Below are positions 61,040 to 64,000 of a stretch of 64,000 nt of DNA, in pieces (position 1 is the first letter of the stretch; the number at the start of each line of letters is the position of its first letter). This DNA comes from Camelus ferus (lineage: Eukaryota). A program made the position numbers and the translations under genes. Where the stretch lies: positions 113,462,001-113,526,000 of the forward strand of contig NC_045697.1 in the NCBI RefSeq assembly GCF_009834535.1, read 5' to 3'. Under the pieces are notes generated by a model that had not been told where the DNA came from, searched no databases, and saw nothing but the letters and a program-made list of their open reading frames with translations.

Positions 61040-62830
61040 AGTTATTCACCTTAGTTAAAGTGATGAGTATGAATGTGATCACTTCAGGAGGAGATATAGA
61101 ATTAGACTGAAACACAAATGGTTAAGAGTGAAGCCCCGGGGGGAACACCGCTGTTTAAGAGGCGGTTGCAGACAGAGGAAGTTAGGAAAGTGTTTTTGAA
61201 AGAGTAGCTGGAAAACCGGAAGGAAGTGTAATCACTGAAGGGAGAGGAACGCGCCATTTCAAGGATGAGATGGTGGATTTTTTATTTTACTTTATTTTTA
61301 AATTCTTATTTTCTTTTTAAAAATGTTATGCAATCTTTAAGGGTTGCTTTCCATTTACAGTTATTGGAAAATATTGGCTGTATTCCCTGTGTTGTACAAC
61401 ACATCCTTGAGCCTATTTTGCACCTGTTTGTATCTCCCACTCCCCCACCCTCTATATTGCCCCTTCCCCCTTTCCTCTCCCTACTGGTAACCATTAACTT
61501 ATTCTATATATCTGTGGGTCTGCTTCCTCTTTGTTTTATTTACTAGTTTGTTGTATTTTTTTTTAGATTCCAAACCTAAGTGATATCATACAGTATTTGT
61601 CTTTCTCTATCTGACTTATTTCACTAAGCATAATACTCTCCAAGTCCATTCATACTGCTGAAATGGCAAATTTTTTATGACTGAGTAGTATTCCATTGTA
61701 CATATATACTTCATCTTCTTTACCCAGTCATCTGTTAATGGATAGTTAGGTTGCTTCCATATCTTGGCAATTGTGCTCTGAACATTGGTGTGCATATATC
61801 TTTTCCAATTATAAACAGCTCATATAACTCAACATCAAAAAAAAAAATCAAATTGAAAATAAGCAGAACTGAATAGACATTTTGCCAAAGAGGAGATGCA
61901 GATGGCCCACAGGCACATGGAAAGATGCTCAACATCACTAATCATCAGGGAAATGCAAATCAGAACCACAATGAGATATCACCTCACCCCTGTCAGAACT
62001 CCTATCATCAAAAAGAACACGAATAACAAATGTTGGTGAGGATGTGGAGAAAAGGGAACATTTGCATGCTGCTGGTGGGAAAGTAAATTGGTGCAGCCAC
62101 TGTGGAAAACAGTATGGAAGTTTCTCAAAAAACCAAAAATAGAACTGTCATGTGACCCAGCAATTCCACTCCGGGGTACACATCTGAAAAAAAACAAAGA
62201 CACTAATTCAAAGAGATGGTGGATTGTTAAAAGCAGGGATATTACAGGAAAAAAATGATTTCACGATTTAAACAAAGTTTAAATGAAAGACCAAGAGCAA
62301 AACTTCCCGGTACGAAGGGGGAGACTAGGAAGTGTGAGCAAAGAATATAAACTATATGAATTAGTTCACGTGGAAACATGACCGTGAATGGAAGATGCAC
62401 AAATAGGACTAGATGTCAGAAGATGCAGGAATAAGAAGAGCTATTTTTTTAACACCCAGATTAACACCTGAGCACATTTGTATACTGAGTTAGGGAACAA
62501 ATATGGGGGAAGATGATGAGGATAATACAGAGGGAAGAGAAGTAGTTCATGGAGTAAGTCCCCTGCAGAAGCGGAAGATACCGAAATCAAGTACACAGAG
62601 TGACTGCCGTCATGAGATTAAAAACTCAGATGGAAAGAGAAGGTGATGAAGTCAGATTGGAATGATGCTAAGAGAAAGGTGTGAGATTTCAAATCTGATG
62701 GATTATATTTTCTCACAGAAGTCAGGAAAAAATAGTCCTGTGCTGAGAGATGGGCATCATACGTAGCTGTTATCAGTGAAGATTTGCGAGAACTTCTGGA
62801 GAGATTTGGAGAGAAAGCACTGGGAGTTTC
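61040..62830 (-). mobile_element. L2 fragment interrupted by L1
   Basis: Purine-rich antisense L2 motifs lie on both sides of the L1 ('gggaacaccgctgtttaagagg', 'tattttctcacagaagtcagg'). Confidence 0.55.
61280..62212 (-). mobile_element. LINE-1 with 5' inversion (twin priming) and 13-bp TSD
   Basis: Tail, 3' UTR and ORF2 end lie on minus (61280-61811), with an upstream ORF2 piece on plus (61810-62212). GAGATGGTGGATT is at 61267-61279 and 62213-62225. Confidence 0.93.
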
Positions 62831-64000
62831 CAGATACAAGCTGGGCACTGCGTCTCAGTGGCCTGGGTGAAGTTTACAAATTGTTAGTCACACTATCCCA
62901 TTACAGCATTCAATTTCAAAAAAAAAAAAAGGTATTTCTTACTTCACGGGCAGCTATTTATTTTTTTCCATCATTTTCAATGGCGGTGAATATTTAATTT
63001 TAATATAAATTCTTAGTTCATCTCACTTTATTTTAAAAAGTGAAAGTCAAATCCATTTGAAATGTTAAAGTTATTTAAGTGCATGAGATTTTACATCCAT
63101 AATTATGTAAATTAGAAAACTCCATGTCCCTAGATTTGATAGAAATGTTAGCAGAGTGAAACTGTTTTCATTGTGAGGGTCGTTGTGGGCGAGGGACCTA
63201 GCTGTGCATTTTTGATACGATGATTTAAAATCCAATTTGACATGTGCTAACAAAATTCTGGCCAATAAATCTCTTTGGTCTGATTGATTTATTTTTTTCT
63301 GAGTCCCATGTATATGAATGTTAGCCTTTGACTCTAAAGACTCTTCTGTCATCAGAAAAATCTTCCAAGTCTTTTTTTACTCCTCACTGTCTGAATAAAA
63401 ATCAAGGTGAGAAAAGCTATAAGCAATTGCTTTTATTACACTATAGAGATATTGTCTGGAGTTTGATAAGGACTTTTGCTAAGAGGTACTAATGTCTTGG
63501 CACCTATAAGCCAGTTCAAAAGTCAGGGACACAAGGGAGACCCAAAAGTTCTAGAGTCAACAGTTTTAATACACAGGAATTCTCAGTAACCTGGCGTTTG
63601 ATCTTACACAGCAAGTAGAAAGACTTCTGTTATATGTGGTTTATGCACATTATTCCCAGAATTCACCACTATAAAACACCAAAATGGGTAACTTCCAATT
63701 AAGGAGTTCCTCAATTTCCAATTCTACTCACCTAAATGTGGGAATCATCCCAAAATAGAGGTTTTAAATCTGGAGGTTAATTTATGATAAATAAGACTAT
63801 GTCTGTTTCAGATGGTAAATTTTAGGAAGGTCAATGTATGTGAGAACAGGTTTTTGTTAATTTATGCATCACTAAGTGTGTGTAATTTCACTGCTAATTT
63901 TACTTTCATCTTAATATAGCCTCTAAAACATTATTTTCTCTTCCTGAGATAAAGCAGTCTTTGGCTTTAAATTTCAGAGAGTTCCGTTACCGACTCAGAC

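Noticed and set aside
1..64000. A previously undescribed multi-gene biological system
   Set aside because: No intact coding sequence was found. The structures I can interpret fit known retrotransposition, LTR and repair mechanisms. Small exons or lncRNAs cannot be excluded without alignment data.

Overview
This is mammalian nuclear DNA, most likely camelid (alpaca or camel). That assignment is inferred from four tRNA-derived SINEs whose consensus, GGGGAGGGTATAGCTCAGTGGTAGAGC...GTCCTGGGTTCAATCCCCAGTACCTCC, resembles the camelid Vic-type SINE, and from cetartiodactyl-type L1 3' ends. I see no credible protein-coding gene, exon chain or CpG island. The only ORFs with recognisable protein similarity are broken L1 ORF1/ORF2 pieces; the rest are simple-repeat translations or chance ORFs. 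The window is an AT-rich intergenic or intronic region densely filled with transposable elements: L1, L2, MIR, SINEs, MaLR/ERVL/ERV1 LTRs and MER2/MER20/MER53 DNA elements, plus a 100-N assembly gap. The most notable structures are: a full-length U6 snRNA copy fused to an L1 3' end (U6/L1 chimeric retrocopy, 15682-16113, minus strand); a 340-bp solo LTR with a 5-bp TSD and OCT and KLF motifs nested in an older LTR; a degraded ERVL provirus with three levels of nesting; two 5'-inverted L1s; a SINE with a duplicated head; and a scrambled 44-bp SINE insert with a perfect TSD. These belong to known mechanistic classes, and I cannot support a claim of a new biological system. Repeat family names come from recalled consensus similarity, not a database search, and boundaries of old repeats are approximate.
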